64,000 nt of DNA from Planctomycetota bacterium (GCA_014381555.1 JACNLO010000051.1:8915-72914), one strand, 5' to 3'. Numbered from the stretch's first letter, positions 10,717 to 21,544 are shown. The notes: generated by a model not told the origin, from the sequence alone. Numbers and translations: made by a program.

Positions 10717-11601
10717 TTACGCTTTAGTAGCTCTTATAAACCGGTCATCCCCAAAGGCATCACGGAGGATGGTTGCATCTCGTAATTGTGCATTGGCATT
10801 CGCTATTTCAAGGACTTGATTCTTGATGCTTGACGCAAGTTCGATGAGCAAAATGCCACCAGAATTAAGACACGATGGGGCTTGCTCTAGGAGTGGTTCG
10901 ATGACTTTAAGACCGTTTTTTCCACCCCACAACGCGAGTTTTGGCTCCCAATCCTTGACATTTTGGTCGAGTAGTTCCATCTCAGCGTCTGGGATATACG
11001 GTGGATTTGAACATATGACATCAAATGGCTGGAGCGTTTGAAGTGGCTCAATCACATCCCCATGAATAAATGTAATGTTCTCATCAACCCCGTGTGTTCT
11101 GGCATTTTCTTGAGCAAGCGTTAATGAATCTTGAGAAATATCAGTGGCGACGATTGAGCAGGGTTGAGCGTGCAATGCAATTGAAATGGCAATGCACCCA
11201 CTGCCCGTACCGATATCAGCAATACGTGGTGGATTTTCGAATTTATGGTTGTTGCAATATTCTAAGCATTGGTCAACAATAATTTCGGTGCAGGTTCGAG
11301 GAATCAAAGTCGAATTATTGACTGCTATTTCAATTCCATTAAACCATGCCTTTCCAACGATGTATTGAACTGGCTCATGTTCAAGAGTTCGTTGAACATA
11401 CGTACGAAGTTCTTCACGCTCAACTTCAGTTGCGATTCGGTTTGCATTTGCATAAAGATCAATTCGTTCTCCTCCAAAAACGTGGGTGAGAAGCATTTCT
11501 GAAATTAGTCGCGGAGAATCAATCGAATGTTCTTCAAACCGTGTAGTCATCCATGATAAAAGCGAGCGTGTTGTCCATTGCTGTGTATTCGCGTGTTTCA
11601 C
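10717..11601 (-). CDS. prmC: peptide chain release factor N(5)-glutamine methyltransferase
   Basis: SAM motif DIGTGSGCIA and NPPY motif (CSNPPYIP). Confidence 0.9.
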   Translation of the reverse strand: MKHANTQQWTTRSLLSWMTTRFEEHSIDSPRLISEMLLTHVFGGERIDLYANANRIATEVEREELRTYVQRTLEHEPVQYIVGKAWFNGIEIAVNNSTLIPRTCTEIIVDQCLEYCNNHKFENPPRIADIGTGSGCIAISIALHAQPCSIVATDISQDSLTLAQENARTHGVDENITFIHGDVIEPLQTLQPFDVICSNPPYIPDAEMELLDQNVKDWEPKLALWGGKNGLKVIEPLLEQAPSCLNSGGILLIELASSIKNQVLEIANANAQLRDATILRDAFGDDRFIRATKA

Positions 11602-11635
11602 TATAGGAATTGTATTCGCAAATACTTTGGAACCG

Positions 11636-12925
11636 TTAGCAGCCTGCGGTTTTTCTGCAAGCTTTTTTCACAGTTTCCACCAGCTGGTCAGTTTTAAATG
11701 GTTTGAATAAAACTGTATGCATTCCTTCTTGTGTTGCACGCATGATGGAGTGGTGGGGGTCATATCCAAACCCTGTCATGAGAATGACTGCTTGATTTGG
11801 CCACATATCTGTTGCTGCACGAAAAACTTCATATCCGTTACATCCAGGCATACGAATATCAGAAATAATTAAGTCAAATTGTTTTTCAAGTCGTTTTGCT
11901 TCTTTTAGCGCATCGATAGTTTCAATTCCATCTTCACATACGACAACCGTGCAGCCTAGTTTTTTGAGGACGACCTCAACACCAAGGCGAATGGTTTCTT
12001 CATCGTCAGCAACGAGGACTGTCACGTCTTTCATTTCAGCGTCCGGTTGAATGAAATTGGCCCTGTCGGCATCAATAATTGTTTGTGGGCCAGCTGTACA
12101 AGCAGCAAGTTTTTGATGAACTGATTTCGCTACATCGAGCAGTTTTTGCCCAAGAGGATGATCTTTAGCGATTAGTTCTACTGCTAATGCATCAATGGAT
12201 TGTAGTGGTTGAGCAAGCTCACTCAATAACATTTTCGAAATTTGTTCATTTGTTGTGTACCGTTCAATAACAAGAAGATCTAGTGTATGCATTGCGCTTG
12301 CAATGTATCTTCCAAAAATTTCTGTAAGCCGACGGTCGTTATCATCAAAGGCATCGAGAGAATTGGACTCTGCATTAAACACGCCAATAATACTATCGTT
12401 GAGCCAAAGTGGAACGGTGAGTGAAGAGGAAGCCGATTCGAGTCCAGGTCGATATAAAGGTTCTTGGCTTACATCGGGACAAATGTATGATTTTCCTGTG
12501 ACTGCAACATTTCCGCAAATTCCATTATCGCTTTCTTCTGCTCTAATGACTTCGCCGATTTTTAGAGGTGATAAATTTTCTGAGATGACTAATTCTAAAT
12601 TCCCATTTTGTTGATCGAGAAGTCTAATCTCAAAATTGTCCATGTCTAATAATTCGTGGACATATTTAACAACCTTCTCTTGCATGAGCTTTAATCGTTG
12701 GGATACATTTAGGGATTTCACCGTTCCAACGTCAATCTGGGAGAGTTCAATACCCGCATCGCAGATGGCATTAATTTTCGCTTGCATCTCTCCACCACCA
12801 GTAAGGACAAGTTCACAATTGCTTGCTGACTGAACAATATCAAAATGTTCTGATAGTGCTTCTTCAATCTCTGGTGAGAGTGAAGCGTCGAATGAGATAT
12901 GAAGACGGTGGCGTTTTTCTGCCAT
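11636..12925 (-). CDS. response regulator with N-terminal GAF-like domain, degenerate HisKA-like helix and C-terminal receiver domain
   Basis: The REC domain is complete (VLVADDEE, ISDIRMPG, ILMTGFG, FKPF). The start was moved to MAEKRH (12925, AGGAA Shine-Dalgarno 6 nt upstream), because the longer ORF to 13075 would abut the divergent ABC gene. Confidence 0.8.
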   Translation of the reverse strand: MAEKRHRLHISFDASLSPEIEEALSEHFDIVQSASNCELVLTGGGEMQAKINAICDAGIELSQIDVGTVKSLNVSQRLKLMQEKVVKYVHELLDMDNFEIRLLDQQNGNLELVISENLSPLKIGEVIRAEESDNGICGNVAVTGKSYICPDVSQEPLYRPGLESASSSLTVPLWLNDSIIGVFNAESNSLDAFDDNDRRLTEIFGRYIASAMHTLDLLVIERYTTNEQISKMLLSELAQPLQSIDALAVELIAKDHPLGQKLLDVAKSVHQKLAACTAGPQTIIDADRANFIQPDAEMKDVTVLVADDEETIRLGVEVVLKKLGCTVVVCEDGIETIDALKEAKRLEKQFDLIISDIRMPGCNGYEVFRAATDMWPNQAVILMTGFGYDPHHSIMRATQEGMHTVLFKPFKTDQLVETVKKACRKTAGC

Positions 12926-13073
12926 AATGATTCCTACTACCAAGACTACACCCATTTTGGCAAGTTGCAATCCCGATTGCATCGGAGAATTACCGGTTTT
13001 GGCTTGACAAAGAGGGCACTTTGGGGAGAAATTACCCACTTGGGGCTCGTTTTGTGAGACCCTACCCCGAATC

Positions 13074-13967
13074 ATGTTGCAAGTAAGGCAGATTAGTAAA
13101 ACTTTTGGATTATCAAGAGCAGTTAATCAACTCAATTTAACGGTTGAGAAAGGGCAGATATGTGGGTTACTCGGTCCAAATGGTGCGGGGAAATCGACAA
13201 CAATTCGCATTATTTGCGGAGTGCTAATTCCAAATTCTGGAACGGTTGAGATTGATGGAATTGACCTTGCAAAAAATCCGAGTCGTGCGAAGCAATCTTT
13301 AGGATATGTTCCTGAAGGCGCACCGTTACCACTTGAGTTATTGCCATCGGAATATTTATCAAGTATGGCTTCGCTCTATGGGTTGACCGGCACTCAAAAA
13401 AAGGAAGCTATTTACCACTGGGCACAACGGTGTGATATCTCAAATGTACTTCAAAAGCCAATAGGAACTCTTTCGCGGGGGTATCGACAACGAGTTGCAC
13501 TTACTGCGGCTTTGCTTCATGAACCAAAATTATTAATACTTGATGAGCCATCAACAGGGCTAGATCCAGTACAACGGGCAACATTTCAATCTTTGCTAAG
13601 AGAGGTAGCAGAGCATGCTGCAGTTTTATATTCATCACATCATCTTGCGGAAGTAGAAGCAACTTGTGATGTTACAGCGATTATAAATCACGGTGAATTG
13701 ATTGAGAATCATCGGTTCTCAGAATTGATGAATAAAGATAATCAAACCCTTGAAGTTTCATCTAAAGAAGTTGCTATATCTATCGGCGGGGAAGATTTAG
13801 AGGAACTTGAAAATGGGTGGGTGCGATGTTTAGTGGAACGAAGCGCAGAAGAGATTGTTGAGTTAGTGCAAAAAAATGGTGGGAATGTTCGGTTAATTCA
13901 ACCAACAACACAGTCTCTTGAATCGAGGTATCTAGAACTTATTTTAGATTCAGAGGCAGGGCAATGA
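13074..13967 (+). CDS. ABC transporter ATP-binding protein (ABC-2/GldA-like)
   Basis: Walker A GPNGAGKST, signature LSRGYRQR, Walker B LILDEPSTGLD. Confidence 0.9.
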   Translation: MLQVRQISKTFGLSRAVNQLNLTVEKGQICGLLGPNGAGKSTTIRIICGVLIPNSGTVEIDGIDLAKNPSRAKQSLGYVPEGAPLPLELLPSEYLSSMASLYGLTGTQKKEAIYHWAQRCDISNVLQKPIGTLSRGYRQRVALTAALLHEPKLLILDEPSTGLDPVQRATFQSLLREVAEHAAVLYSSHHLAEVEATCDVTAIINHGELIENHRFSELMNKDNQTLEVSSKEVAISIGGEDLEELENGWVRCLVERSAEEIVELVQKNGGNVRLIQPTTQSLESRYLELILDSEAGQ

Positions 13968-16645
13968 AGAATATTTTTCGCATCTGCATACGTGATACAT
14001 GGTCTTTAATAGTCGTTCCAACAGGCGCAATCGTTGCGTCTCTGTTTGCTTTTTCTTGCGCAATAGTGTTTGTTTCGCAAGTTCTTGAACCAAACGCTTT
14101 TGCTTCACTGCAGCCAATGTTTGAATTTGCTGCTTGGCTACTGTTGTTGTTGTGCCCAGCAATCACGATGAGGTTAGTTGCCGAAGAGAGGCGTGTTGGA
14201 ACGTGGGAACTACTTTTAGCTTCACCAGTATCTTCGTTTGAACTTGCAAAGGGAAAAATTCTTTCTTCTATGGTATTCCTTTGCTTTGTCTTGATGACAA
14301 CCTTTCCGCTCGTCTTAGTTTTAGAGTTTTATGCGAGTGTTGATTATGGCGCGGTTGCAAGTGGTTATCTCGGTTTATTACTTCTTGGTGTAGCCGTCAT
14401 GAGTACTGGACTCGTAGTTTCTGCTCTGGCAACTTCTCAAACGGTGGCTTATTTAGTGACAGCGTTTATTTGGTTGACCCTTTCGTTATCGATGAAAGTA
14501 TTTCCTGCGTATGTCCCAACCAAATTTGCAGACATTTTCTTTGCGATTGATCCAGATCTGAGAATGGCAGCATTTTCAATAGGACTTATTGATACTGCAA
14601 ACATTGTTTATTTCTTATCAATTTCCTTATCTATGGGTTGGATTGCAATTGTTGTAATCCAAAGGACTAGGCAAGTATCTTCATCCATTTGGAAAATTAT
14701 CCTTTGTGGGTTGATGTTATTGGTTTCAATTGCAGCGATTAATTCTATTTCATTGAACAACAACTTTCGTTTGCGGATAGATGCAACTGGATCGAGGTCG
14801 TATACACTAAGTGACCAATCATTAAATCTCTTGCAGAGTATTGATGAGCCATGGAAAATTGTTATTTTGCTTGATGAATCAAGGGCAGGTAGATCTGTTA
14901 CAGGCCAAGTTGATGAGGTACTTAGGAGATATTCTGAGGGTTCCAAGTGCATTTCAGTACAGAGAATTGATCCATCAAATCCAAGTTCTATTGGAGAATA
15001 CGACACACTATTGCGTGAGTTGATGGAACTTTATGGTGATGAATTAACACAGGCGAGCGCAGCGATTCAAGAAGGAACGGAGCAGTTTCGTGCCTTGATG
15101 ATGTTTGCATCAAGTTCATCTGTGTGGGCTCAGTCCCTTTCCGAAGTTCCATCCTCTAAAGACGAACAAGAGACCTTACGCACGCTTGCTGGGGCATTTT
15201 CACTGCTGGGTTCTGAAGGTAGTTTGATTCTGGATGAGGTTGATAAGGTACTTCGTGTTGATGAGAGCCAACCGCTTCCTCAAATAGCACTTGCCAGAGA
15301 TATTTTGGTAGCTGCTACAGGACAATGGTCGAGAGAACTTGCTGAGGTAGCTTGGTGGTTATCTCGAGGAAGAAGCGAATCAATTGCAGAGAGTTGCAGC
15401 AGTGAAGCAACTTCGTTTGAACAGATGGCGGCACAATTAGCCCTAGTTGATGACACACTTCGACGACTAGGAGAATTGGAACTTGGTCATTTGGCAACAC
15501 AACTGACAACTGGCGAGGGAGCAATTATTCTTTCAAAGAGCAGGGCGACCATGATTCCTGCAAGTATGTTGTTCCCTAAACAAATTGGTGGGGCAAGTAC
15601 GATTGCAGTTGATCAACGATTCAGAGGTGAGCAAATCATTTCTTCCGCAATGAGATCATTGCAATCCGATGTACTGCCAACAGTTGTTTTTGTACACGCA
15701 GAGAAAAATTCACTTCTTGGTCAGCGTCAAAATAATAATGATGTTCGTGCGGCAATGGGTCTCTTAGAAATGAGTAGGTTTGGTGTTGAGGAATGGATTC
15801 CATTTGATGGGCGTCGCCCAACAATTGATCACGGTCCAATTGTATGGATTGTTATACCTCCATCAAGTAGGGTTGGTTTTGAACCGTCATTGCGAGAACA
15901 AAAATTACTCGATGCGGTAGAAGGATTAATCGCTGAGGGGGAGGCAGTTATGCTTAATGTGCAACCAAGTTTGTTGCCTAGATATGGGCAACAGGATCCA
16001 TGGAATGTGATCGCTGAATCTGTCGGGATTACTCTCGATACAGAGAGGGTACTTGTTGAACGTGTAGCAATTGGACCGAACAACCTTGAGGTACAACGTT
16101 CTCAAATGATTAATAGAACAAACAGCGAACATGTCATTGCACGCGCAGTAGAGGGAAGACAAGTTTTTATTCCACTCCCAATTTCCATGAAGGGGGGAGA
16201 ATCTTTGATTGTTGTGAATCCCTCAGATGATCGCTGGCTTGATTCGCAATGGGAACGTGAAGTTATAGATATTGCAGGTAAAATTCCACTAGATGAGGAT
16301 GTAACAATTGCTGCTGCAACCAAACATCACGGTGGAGCTCGAGCAGTTGTTGTTGGATCAGGTGGCTGGTTGCTTTCCTGGGCTGCTGACCGAGCAGTTT
16401 CGTTGGGAGGCGGTCAAGTTGCAATGTTAAATCCCGGGAACAGTGAGTTACTACTTGCTTGCGTAGAGTGGTTGTCTGGGCTCGATGATTGGATTGCTGC
16501 AGGCCCGATCGGACAACAGTCAAGCAGAGTTGATGCATTATCAAGGCAAATGTATCTCGCTTGGACTGGGATTCTTGTACTGGGTATCCCGATTTTGCTC
16601 CTTGCTTCTGCATTGTTTATTTCAATGAGGAGATATAGACAATGA
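13964..16645 (+). CDS. fused ABC-2 type permease / GldG-family protein
   Basis: 893 aa. The N-terminal ~240 aa has six TM helices (ABC-2 permease-like). This is followed by a large extracytoplasmic GldG-like region and a C-terminal TM anchor. It overlaps both neighbours by 4 nt. Confidence 0.78.
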   Translation: MKNIFRICIRDTWSLIVVPTGAIVASLFAFSCAIVFVSQVLEPNAFASLQPMFEFAAWLLLLLCPAITMRLVAEERRVGTWELLLASPVSSFELAKGKILSSMVFLCFVLMTTFPLVLVLEFYASVDYGAVASGYLGLLLLGVAVMSTGLVVSALATSQTVAYLVTAFIWLTLSLSMKVFPAYVPTKFADIFFAIDPDLRMAAFSIGLIDTANIVYFLSISLSMGWIAIVVIQRTRQVSSSIWKIILCGLMLLVSIAAINSISLNNNFRLRIDATGSRSYTLSDQSLNLLQSIDEPWKIVILLDESRAGRSVTGQVDEVLRRYSEGSKCISVQRIDPSNPSSIGEYDTLLRELMELYGDELTQASAAIQEGTEQFRALMMFASSSSVWAQSLSEVPSSKDEQETLRTLAGAFSLLGSEGSLILDEVDKVLRVDESQPLPQIALARDILVAATGQWSRELAEVAWWLSRGRSESIAESCSSEATSFEQMAAQLALVDDTLRRLGELELGHLATQLTTGEGAIILSKSRATMIPASMLFPKQIGGASTIAVDQRFRGEQIISSAMRSLQSDVLPTVVFVHAEKNSLLGQRQNNNDVRAAMGLLEMSRFGVEEWIPFDGRRPTIDHGPIVWIVIPPSSRVGFEPSLREQKLLDAVEGLIAEGEAVMLNVQPSLLPRYGQQDPWNVIAESVGITLDTERVLVERVAIGPNNLEVQRSQMINRTNSEHVIARAVEGRQVFIPLPISMKGGESLIVVNPSDDRWLDSQWEREVIDIAGKIPLDEDVTIAAATKHHGGARAVVVGSGGWLLSWAADRAVSLGGGQVAMLNPGNSELLLACVEWLSGLDDWIAAGPIGQQSSRVDALSRQMYLAWTGILVLGIPILLLASALFISMRRYRQ

Positions 16646-17937
16646 TTTTACGAAGAGATATTTGGATACTCTGTTGTATTGCAGTAGTTTCTTCTGTGTT
16701 TGCAATAAGTATTCATAATAAAGAAATTGCAAAATCATCGGAGACCTCTGAGCACCTTATCCAAACACAATCACTACATTTTGACGCAATCCAAAAGATC
16801 GTGCTACATAAAAACGGAAGAGAATTGGAGTTTACATTTAACGATGGCGAGTGGTGGCAAGTTCTACCATTTGAAATGCGGATGGATTCTGCTTCCATGC
16901 TAGCTTTGATTCGATCCGTTCAAGGAGTGCAAAGGATTGGAGATATTACTGAGGAAACCAAATTGCCTACGCTTGGCTTAGGAGATAATTCAAATTGGAT
17001 AGCACTTTCGGATGGGAATGAAACAATAACGATACATTTAGGAAGGAAAACTCTTGCTGGTCGAGCATATGCACAAGTGGGTGATTCGCCTCCGGTTATT
17101 GTTGATCAGTCATTGCATCGTCGAGCTATCGATATGGACCACAAATTATGGAGAGATGTTCGCTTGTTACCAGATTTTACAATAGATGGCGAGAGTATCG
17201 AACGAGTTGTCAGAGGAGACCGATTACATCTTCAACAATCTGGTGGTTCATGGGAGATGAGGGAGCCAGTTAATGCTCGTGTTGATTACGATATTCTCAC
17301 TGAGTGGATTGGGCGAATCGCAGCAATGCGAGTAGGTTCATTTGTGATTGATGAACCAACTAATCTTGATATGTTTGGCTTGCTCGATCCAGTGGCAACA
17401 TTTTCTGTGAGTAATCGTAATGGGACAACACACAATGTTCTTGTTGGATCGCGAGTATCTGCAAATTCTCAAGATCGCTATGTTATGCTTGCAGATAGGC
17501 CAGTCGTATTTAAAATTCAGTGGAAAATTTTATCGCAGTTGTTTCCTGCGTCCGAAATTTTTGTTGATTCAACTGGAAGCGCAGTTTCAAGGTTTGATGT
17601 TAAACGCGTTTCGATTAGATCAAACAATTCTGAGGTACTCCTAATACGAAACGTAGAGCGATGGCTTGATAAAGATGGAGTGCCATTCGACACGAACCAA
17701 GTAGATGACTTGTTAACATGGTTACTCGAAACAAAACCACCAAGCGTAGCTATTGGGCAATATCCAAAAATTGATGAAATTGCGACAATTACTCTTGAGG
17801 GGTATGACTTGAAGCCACTAGATACAATTCGGGTTGCTAGCAATCCGGACGGAGGAGTAATTCTCGAAAACGGAGATAATGTTCTTAGACTTCATCCAGA
17901 TGAATCTCAAGCCTTCCTTCAGCCATTCCTCAAATAA
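16642..17937 (+). CDS. DUF4340 domain protein (accessory component of GldG-type ABC operons)
   Basis: N-terminal anchor plus a repetitive beta-rich body. The call rests on its conserved operon position after the ABC-2/GldG genes. Confidence 0.65.
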   Translation: MILRRDIWILCCIAVVSSVFAISIHNKEIAKSSETSEHLIQTQSLHFDAIQKIVLHKNGRELEFTFNDGEWWQVLPFEMRMDSASMLALIRSVQGVQRIGDITEETKLPTLGLGDNSNWIALSDGNETITIHLGRKTLAGRAYAQVGDSPPVIVDQSLHRRAIDMDHKLWRDVRLLPDFTIDGESIERVVRGDRLHLQQSGGSWEMREPVNARVDYDILTEWIGRIAAMRVGSFVIDEPTNLDMFGLLDPVATFSVSNRNGTTHNVLVGSRVSANSQDRYVMLADRPVVFKIQWKILSQLFPASEIFVDSTGSAVSRFDVKRVSIRSNNSEVLLIRNVERWLDKDGVPFDTNQVDDLLTWLLETKPPSVAIGQYPKIDEIATITLEGYDLKPLDTIRVASNPDGGVILENGDNVLRLHPDESQAFLQPFLK

Positions 17938-17966
17938 AAATTTCTGAGGCAACCCGTTTATGTTGC

Positions 17967-19037
17967 TTATTTGCAATGGTTTACGAGATATCGTTCAACG
18001 GTGTCTACCCCGGATGGTTCTTCCTCTATGCGCGTTGTGGAAAGGGTAGTAAGGAGCGAATTCATATTGATTTTAGGCGTCATGTTGGACCGGTTCTGTG
18101 CGGTGAATACCCAGAGTTCATTGGCTAGATTCTGTTTGAAGATGTGTTGGAACAACGTTGTTCCGCCTTCAACCATGACATTTGTTGCATCATATTTTGT
18201 TACGAGATGCCGAAACAATGGCGCAAGATCGAGTACTTCATTAGTTCTTGGGAGGGATAGAAGCTCGTAGTCTGAAAACTCAGAGGTCTCTGCACCTTCT
18301 GCATGAACTATTAAAGTAGGTGCATCCTCGTTAAGAATTTTAGATTCAAGTGGTGTACGAAGGGCCGGGTCTATCACAACTCGAATTGGTGTTCGGTGTT
18401 TTATTGCTCCTCGTACAGTCAATGTTGGGTTGTCTGCAACAACAGTTCCAACTCCAACTACAATCGCGTCGACGCAACCACGTTCTTCATGGACAAGTTG
18501 CTGGCTTTCTTCACAGCTAATCCATTTTGACTCATTTCTTGGAGTTTCGATGCACCCATCTTTTGTCTGCGCCCACTTACATGTAACCCATGGGAGACCT
18601 GTTTTGATTTTGTATGCAAATGGAGCGATGAGTTCAGCGCATATTTCATCATTAGCAATTTCTACTTCAATAGAATTTCTTCGCAAAAAATCAATCCCAC
18701 CACTAGCGTCTTCGTTGGGATCACGAACTCCGATGACAACTCTAGCAACACCTGCTTTGAGTAATGCTTCTGAACAGGGTGGTGTTTTCCCCTGATGGTT
18801 GCACGGTTCTAGCGTGATGTATGCCGTACTTCCTTGCGCATCGTCTCCGGCCTTTGCTAATGCATTTAATTCAGCATGTGCCTCACCACATTTTTCATGG
18901 AATCCTTCTCCAACAATATCTCCATCACTGTTGGTGAGAATGCAACCAACCATTGGGTTTGGTTCTGCAGTACCGTGCCCCATTACAGCGAGCCGTGCTG
19001 CTTGATGAAGGATAGAAAAATCAAATTCGGATGACAT
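17967..19037 (-). CDS. ribD: bifunctional diaminohydroxyphosphoribosylaminopyrimidine deaminase / 5-amino-6-(5-phosphoribosylamino)uracil reductase
   Basis: Deaminase zinc motifs HAELNAL and PCNHQGKTPPC, plus a C-terminal reductase domain. Confidence 0.93.
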   Translation of the reverse strand: MSSEFDFSILHQAARLAVMGHGTAEPNPMVGCILTNSDGDIVGEGFHEKCGEAHAELNALAKAGDDAQGSTAYITLEPCNHQGKTPPCSEALLKAGVARVVIGVRDPNEDASGGIDFLRRNSIEVEIANDEICAELIAPFAYKIKTGLPWVTCKWAQTKDGCIETPRNESKWISCEESQQLVHEERGCVDAIVVGVGTVVADNPTLTVRGAIKHRTPIRVVIDPALRTPLESKILNEDAPTLIVHAEGAETSEFSDYELLSLPRTNEVLDLAPLFRHLVTKYDATNVMVEGGTTLFQHIFKQNLANELWVFTAQNRSNMTPKINMNSLLTTLSTTRIEEEPSGVDTVERYLVNHCK

Positions 19038-19053
19038 GAGAGGTACAGATTAC

Positions 19054-19092
19054 AAAAAAAGAAAGCCCGCAGGGTAGACCGTTGGGCTTTCT
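19054..19092 (-). terminator. rho-independent terminator downstream of fusA
   Basis: On the minus strand the stem GAAAGCCC...GGGCTTTC is followed by a run of seven T. Confidence 0.7.
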
Positions 19093-19117
19093 TCGGGGGT
19101 TGGGGCAAAAAATGTAA

Positions 19118-21229
19118 TTATGTTTTTAGAACTTCTTTCTTGAGATTTTCTGGCATCAAACGGTACTCAGATGGTTCCATCGTGCTAGAAGCGCGACCTT
19201 GGGTCATACCACGGAGAACAGTTGTGTACCCAAACATTTCTGAAAGTGGGACTTCAGCATTGATTATTCTGACAACACCTCGAAGTTCAGAGTCATTGAT
19301 TTGGCCACGACGACTAGATAAGTCACCACTGACTGAACCGAAGAATTCATCTGGAGTAGTAATAATTACTTTCATGATTGGTTCAAGCAAAGCAAGTCCA
19401 GCTTTTGTGCATGCTTCTCTGAAACCTAAAGCGCCAGCTTGTTCAAATGCAACTTGGCTCGAGTCAACTTCGTGGTATGAACCATCTATAAGCTCGCAGC
19501 ACACATTGACCATCGGGTATCCACCAAGGATTCCTGATGATGAAGCATTTCGTACACCATGTTGTACTGAGGGAACATATTCACGTGGAATTGAACCATG
19601 TGAGATTTTATCTACGAAGACAATCCCATTTTTCATGACGAGTTCTTGTTCTTCGGCTTCTGCCGCGGTCATTGGACGAACATTCATGACAACATCGCCA
19701 AACTGACCACGTCCACCAGATTGTTTCACAAACTTGCCGCGAACATTTTCTGCAACTCCCGTAATAGTTTCACGGTAGGAGACTCTTGGCGTTCCAACAT
19801 TCACACCGATTTTTAAATCACGTGTAAGTTTATTCTTAACGATTTCAAGGTGAAGTTCACCCATTCCCGAAATAATTGTTTCGCCAGTTTCATCATTGTA
19901 GTTTGCGTGGAACGAAGGGTCTTCGCGACGAATAGTTGTAAGTGCTTCACCAAGTTTCTTCTTGTCATCGTTAGTAATTGGTTCGATGGACATTGAGATT
20001 ACAGGGTCAGGGAAGTGCATTCGTTCAAGAATAATTGGGTTATTCGTATCACAGAGAGTGTCACCAGTTACAGAGTTTTTTAAACCAATAACAGCAACGA
20101 TTGATCCAGCTCCAGCATAGTCAAGTGCTTCACGATCCTTCGCGTGCATTTCATAAATACGGGATACGTTTTCCTTGCGACCATTGCCCGGGTTCAAAAC
20201 CCGACTTCCTTTTTCAAGACGGCCTGAGTACACTCGAACATAAGTCAAGTCACCGTGTGAGTCGCTCACTACTTTGAAGACTAAACCAGAGAATGGTGCA
20301 TCTTCGCTATTTGGGCGAGAGAGCTTTTCATCTTCGTCTTTAGGGTTTGAACCTTGTACCTCTGGTACTTCTGTTGGATTCGGAAGATATTCAATTACAC
20401 CATTTAGGACGCGCTGGACGCCGATATTCTTTAGTGCCGAACCGCAATATGTTGGAAACGCACGCATATCGATGGTCGCTCGTCGAAGAGCAGCCTTTAG
20501 TTGTTCCTCAGTAATTGAAAACTCATCTTCAAGATAGAGCTCAGTCAATTCATCATCAAGTTCAGCAATTCTCTCAATGATGTCGTGTCGCCAAAGATCC
20601 GCCATCTCTTGCATATCTTCAGGAATATCACGTTGTTCAACTACAGAACCCATGTCACCACTGTCAAAGTAGTAAGCTTTCATTTCGATGAGGTCGATGA
20701 TTCCTTCAAACGTATCACCAGCACCGATTGGTAATTGCACAGCAATTGCATTTGCCCCGAGGCGTTGCCTTAGTGTTCCGTAACTGAATTCAAAATCAGC
20801 CCCGATTTTGTCCATCTTGTTGATGAGACAAAGTCGTGGCACGTTGTACCGATCAGCTTGGCGCCAAACTGTTTCGGATTGTGCTTCAACGCCTTCCTTT
20901 CCATCAAAGACAGCAACGGCACCATCAAGAACTCGCATGGATCGTTCAACTTCAATGGTGAAGTCAACGTGACCGGGAGTATCAATTAAGTTGATCGTAT
21001 ACTCTTTGTTACCATACTCCCAAGGGCAAGTAGTTGCAGCAGACTGAATCGTAATGCCACGTTCTTGTTCTTCTTCAAGGAAGTCCATCGTTGCAGTACC
21101 TTCGTGTACTTCACCAATCTTGTAACTCTTTCCTGTGTAGTACAGGACTCGTTCGGTAACGGTAGTTTTGCCGGCATCGATGTGAGCACAGATGCCAATG
21201 TTTCGTACGTAATTTAAATCTTTAGCCAT
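19118..21229 (-). CDS. fusA: elongation factor G
   Basis: 703 aa with G1 [10 protein letters not shown]3 DTPGH and G4 NKMD. It is not embedded in an rpsL-rpsG-fusA-tuf operon here. Confidence 0.95.
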   Translation of the reverse strand: MAKDLNYVRNIGICAHIDAGKTTVTERVLYYTGKSYKIGEVHEGTATMDFLEEEQERGITIQSAATTCPWEYGNKEYTINLIDTPGHVDFTIEVERSMRVLDGAVAVFDGKEGVEAQSETVWRQADRYNVPRLCLINKMDKIGADFEFSYGTLRQRLGANAIAVQLPIGAGDTFEGIIDLIEMKAYYFDSGDMGSVVEQRDIPEDMQEMADLWRHDIIERIAELDDELTELYLEDEFSITEEQLKAALRRATIDMRAFPTYCGSALKNIGVQRVLNGVIEYLPNPTEVPEVQGSNPKDEDEKLSRPNSEDAPFSGLVFKVVSDSHGDLTYVRVYSGRLEKGSRVLNPGNGRKENVSRIYEMHAKDREALDYAGAGSIVAVIGLKNSVTGDTLCDTNNPIILERMHFPDPVISMSIEPITNDDKKKLGEALTTIRREDPSFHANYNDETGETIISGMGELHLEIVKNKLTRDLKIGVNVGTPRVSYRETITGVAENVRGKFVKQSGGRGQFGDVVMNVRPMTAAEAEEQELVMKNGIVFVDKISHGSIPREYVPSVQHGVRNASSSGILGGYPMVNVCCELIDGSYHEVDSSQVAFEQAGALGFREACTKAGLALLEPIMKVIITTPDEFFGSVSGDLSSRRGQINDSELRGVVRIINAEVPLSEMFGYTTVLRGMTQGRASSTMEPSEYRLMPENLKKEVLKT

Positions 21230-21509
21230 AATTCTTTACCAATCAGACCAAAATGGTCATAACTTTGATATCCCAACACCCATCACACGCGTGGCGGGTA
21301 ATACTATTTCTCTTTTTGTTGTAACTAACACTTTTTAGCCCAAGCTTTCCTGAGCGTTCCTTTTCAGGATCCATTCAGTGCAGCCGGGCCTCTTCTTCAT
21401 CTTCTTGCAACGGTAAACTCCTTCCGCTGCGTCTTAGCAAAGCTATGACTGAGGCCACGTAACGCCATCAACAAGTTGCGACAATCGCAAAAAGAGAGGC
21501 AAGCCCCGT

Positions 21510-21537
21510 ATTTTATACGAAAAAAAACGTTAGTCAA
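21510..21537 (-). promoter_or_regulatory. candidate sigma70-type promoter ahead of a ~270-nt fusA leader
   Basis: Minus strand reads TTGACT-N16-TAAAAT. The same architecture is seen in the promoter upstream of tRNA-Asp. Confidence 0.35.
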
Positions 21538-21544
21538 TGATTTT

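Noticed and set aside
12926-13075. N-terminal extensions offered by the longest-ORF track. Besides this response regulator, they occur in:
- The thioesterase (32549-32707).
- pgk (48624-48716).
- The TraB-like gene (41468-41533).
- The TauE gene (5986-6060).
- mreB (56524-56544).
   Set aside because: Each extension overlaps a neighbouring gene or a divergent promoter region. Each lacks homology-like sequence and is followed by an internal start with better context (a Shine-Dalgarno or ATGA coupling).
21320-21350. RNase P RNA-like motif AGGAAAGCUUGGGC, and an SRP-like GGAA segment, on the minus strand of the fusA leader.
   Set aside because: The motif differs from the conserved AGGAAAGUCCGGGC at P4-forming positions. 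The available non-coding span (about 270 nt) is too short for bacterial RNase P RNA. The GGAA tetraloop is not closed by the SRP helix-8 pairs.
21335-21400. 21-codon minus-strand ORF (MKKRPGCTEWILKRNAQESLG) inside the fusA leader.
   Set aside because: It has no convincing ribosome-binding site and no recognisable family, and its length is compatible with chance. It is worth revisiting only if ribosome profiling shows occupancy.
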